64,000 nucleotides of DNA from a virus (lineage: Duplodnaviria; Heunggongvirae; Uroviricota; Caudoviricetes). Shown piece after piece: positions 63,576 through 64,000 of this stretch (positions within the stretch are counted from its first letter, which is position 1; the number at the start of each line of letters is the position of its first letter). The stretch is from the IMG/VR virus record IMGVR_UViG_3300047202_000060. One strand, written 5' to 3'. Made by a program: the position numbers and the translations under genes. Below the pieces are notes generated by a model. It was not told the origin of the DNA. It saw only the letters and a program-made list of their open reading frames with translations, and made no database searches.

Positions 63576-64000
63576 TATGTTTTCTCCTTTATCTTTTTAG
63601 CTGGATTTCCGACCCAAACTTCGTTAGCTGGAACATCTTTAGTCACTACAGACCCACAACCTATTAGAGCATTTTCTCCAATTGTTATGCCACAACGAAT
63701 AGTGGAATTTGCACCAATAGATGCTCCTTTCTTTATTATGGTCTTAATTATTTTCCAATACTCAATTTTAGCTTTTGGAAAACGGTCATTAGTAAAAACA
63801 ACGTGGGGACCAACAAAAACTTCGTCTTCAATTGTTACACCTTCAGGTATAAAAACCCCGCATTCGATTTTACAATTATCGCCTATTATAACATTATTAC
63901 CTATCTCGACATAAGAACCAATAACACAATTTTTTCCTATTGTACAATTGAGAAGATTACAATAATGCCAGACTTTTGTACCTTCACCTATTTCCGACAT
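63575..64000 (-). CDS. hexapeptide-repeat (left-handed beta-helix) acetyltransferase
   Basis: tandem [LIV]G hexapeptides NCVIGSYVEIGNNVIIGDNCKIE; ATG exactly at window end. Confidence 0.65.
   Translation of the reverse strand: MSEIGEGTKVWHYCNLLNCTIGKNCVIGSYVEIGNNVIIGDNCKIECGVFIPEGVTIEDEVFVGPHVVFTNDRFPKAKIEYWKIIKTIIKKGASIGANSTIRCGITIGENALIGCGSVVTKDVPANEVWVGNPAKKIKEKT

Noticed and set aside
1-64000. CRISPR array
   Set aside because: No regularly spaced direct repeats of 24-40 nt with unique spacers. The recurring motifs are junction cassettes, class I elements and 16-bp palindromes at irregular spacing.

Overview
Almost the whole 64-kb window is transcribed from the minus strand. It is a low-GC, very compact virus or mobile-element genome, most likely of an archaeal host.

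The host call rests on three things seen in the sequence. Operon-first genes sit about 25-35 nt downstream of TATA/BRE-like boxes (TTTATAA, TTTAAATA). Internal genes use a GGTGA-type Shine-Dalgarno. There are dozens of small Zn-ribbon proteins.

What the window contains:
- About 120 back-to-back, mostly overlapping ORFs (ATGA, GTGA and TTGA junctions).
- A large expansion of HNH endonuclease genes: about 18 copies in two families, with lysine/tyrosine/histidine-rich repeat N-termini.
- A MoxR/CobS-like AAA+ ATPase, a vWA protein and a PP-loop ATPase trio.
- A P-loop NTPase, an SPFH/prohibitin protein and a repeat glycoprotein with a signal peptide.
- A KaiC/RecA-like ATPase.
- Four mini HExxH metalloprotease-like paralogs.
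- A GT2 glycosyltransferase, a CX5R dual-specificity phosphatase, a nucleoside 2-deoxyribosyltransferase-like protein and an Rnl1-like RNA ligase.
- A trypsin-like protease.
- A sugar-modification module at 55-64 kb: UDP-GlcNAc 2-epimerase, GNAT, GT2-like paralogs, a Kelch propeller and a hexapeptide acetyltransferase.

The most striking sequence-level signals:
(i) A 20-nt junction cassette, GAGAAGGTGCAATTTAC(A/T)TGA, recurs about 50 times. It contains the RBS and the start codon of the next gene, and it forces an EKVxFT C-terminal tail on the upstream protein. A second module-specific cassette, CCACATCCRTAGGTGAT, gives PHP tails in the glycan module.
(ii) A roughly 35-nt TATA-containing inter-operon element, with about 22 class I copies, is also the in-frame 3' end of several HNH genes.
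(iii) A 16-bp palindrome, TTAATCANNTGATTAA, has 17 copies.

Motif coordinates are hand-counted and may be off by 1-2 nt. No tRNA, rRNA or CRISPR was found.
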